Source: an uncultured Planctomycetales bacterium (lineage in GTDB: Bacteria > Omnitrophota > Gorgyraeia > Zapsychrales > Fredricksoniimonadaceae). Taken from it: a DNA stretch of 64,000 bases. How positions within the stretch are numbered: position 1 is the stretch's first letter; each line of letters opens with the position of its first letter. This document shows, piece by piece, positions 63,772 through 64,000 of the stretch. Position numbers and translations under genes: made by a program. The notes beneath the pieces were generated by a model, which made no database searches, was not told the origin of the DNA, and saw only the letters and a program-made list of their open reading frames with translations. Location of the stretch: the NCBI GenBank assembly GCA_964483785.1, contig CAZACW010000004.1, forward strand, positions 6,794 to 70,793. The letters run 5' to 3'.

Positions 63772-64000
63772 GAGGGACTCCTTGATTGGTAAAATCCTGA
63801 CGGGTCCAGCGATGAAACACCTGCGCATAGGAGGGGTTCTCCAGCAAATAGGCAAACACGGTCCGAAACTGGTGCTTCAAAATCTGCAGGGACCGCGCGC
63901 CGCCCTGAGGGATCACATTGCCTTCCACGGCGTAATTGACCACGGGATCATAGCCCATCCACGGGCTGTAAACACTGCGGTCATGCCACAGGTCCGAACA
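63749..64000 (-). CDS. Hypothetical protein, 3' end only; the gene continues beyond the window end.
   Basis: An open frame runs to the window edge on the minus strand (...PWMGYDPVVNYAVEGNVIPQGGARSLQILKHQFRTVFAYLLENPSYAQVFHRWTRQDFTNQGVPHEKEEQR*). Confidence 0.4.
   Translation of the reverse strand, partial: CSDLWHDRSVYSPWMGYDPVVNYAVEGNVIPQGGARSLQILKHQFRTVFAYLLENPSYAQVFHRWTRQDFTNQGVPHEKEEQR

Overview
This 64-kb window is a high-GC (about 60%) bacterial chromosomal segment with no rRNA, tRNA or CRISPR array. Coding density is very high and most genes sit on the minus strand with 4-nt start/stop overlaps. Many six-frame ORFs on the opposite strand are GC-driven shadow ORFs. I could not assign a taxon.

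Positions 1-33.4 kb are housekeeping. They hold a partial PA0069-family radical SAM gene, mnmE, folC, purH, rpsU, a kamA plus ATP-grasp operon, nth, era, two tandem SemiSWEET genes next to a PfkB kinase, yjbQ, an aminotransferase, a CCA-adding enzyme, nrdR, glyA, rpiB and a tsaC-LMW-PTP fusion. A large purine operon follows (purD, purM, purQ, LOG, purS-purL fusion, purC, purB), then a polyprenyl synthase, hemW and tatA/tatC. A palindromic REP-like element (ATCACAACCCCGGGGGTTGTGAT core) recurs at five intergenic sites.

Positions 33.4-63.5 kb form an accessory island that I think is the most interesting part. It holds a secreted phage-tail-fibre-like protein with a C-terminal S74 intramolecular-chaperone domain, two tandem APH-like kinases and a PP-loop ATPase. 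It also holds ten radical SAM genes, most with SPASM-like Cys-rich C-termini, interleaved with carbohydrate-tailoring functions. These are two paralogous GT-B glycosyltransferases, a CE4-like deacetylase, a DegT aminotransferase, a PaaK-like adenylating enzyme, two MBOAT O-acyltransferases with three SGNH/DltD-like partners, an A24 aspartic peptidase-like membrane protein, and a NodU/CmcH carbamoyltransferase with SxtJ/SxtK-like small proteins. This looks like a biosynthetic locus for a heavily tailored glycan or aminocyclitol-type product, or a modified surface glycoconjugate. I did not recognise a described counterpart.

Several small genes are absent from the ORF track because they fall under its 60-aa cutoff: rpsU (51 aa), tatA (57 aa), a 52-aa DUF5989-like ORF, a 44-aa TM ORF and a 15-aa Lys-rich micro-ORF. 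The partial rSAM gene at the window start is unlisted because it runs off the window edge.
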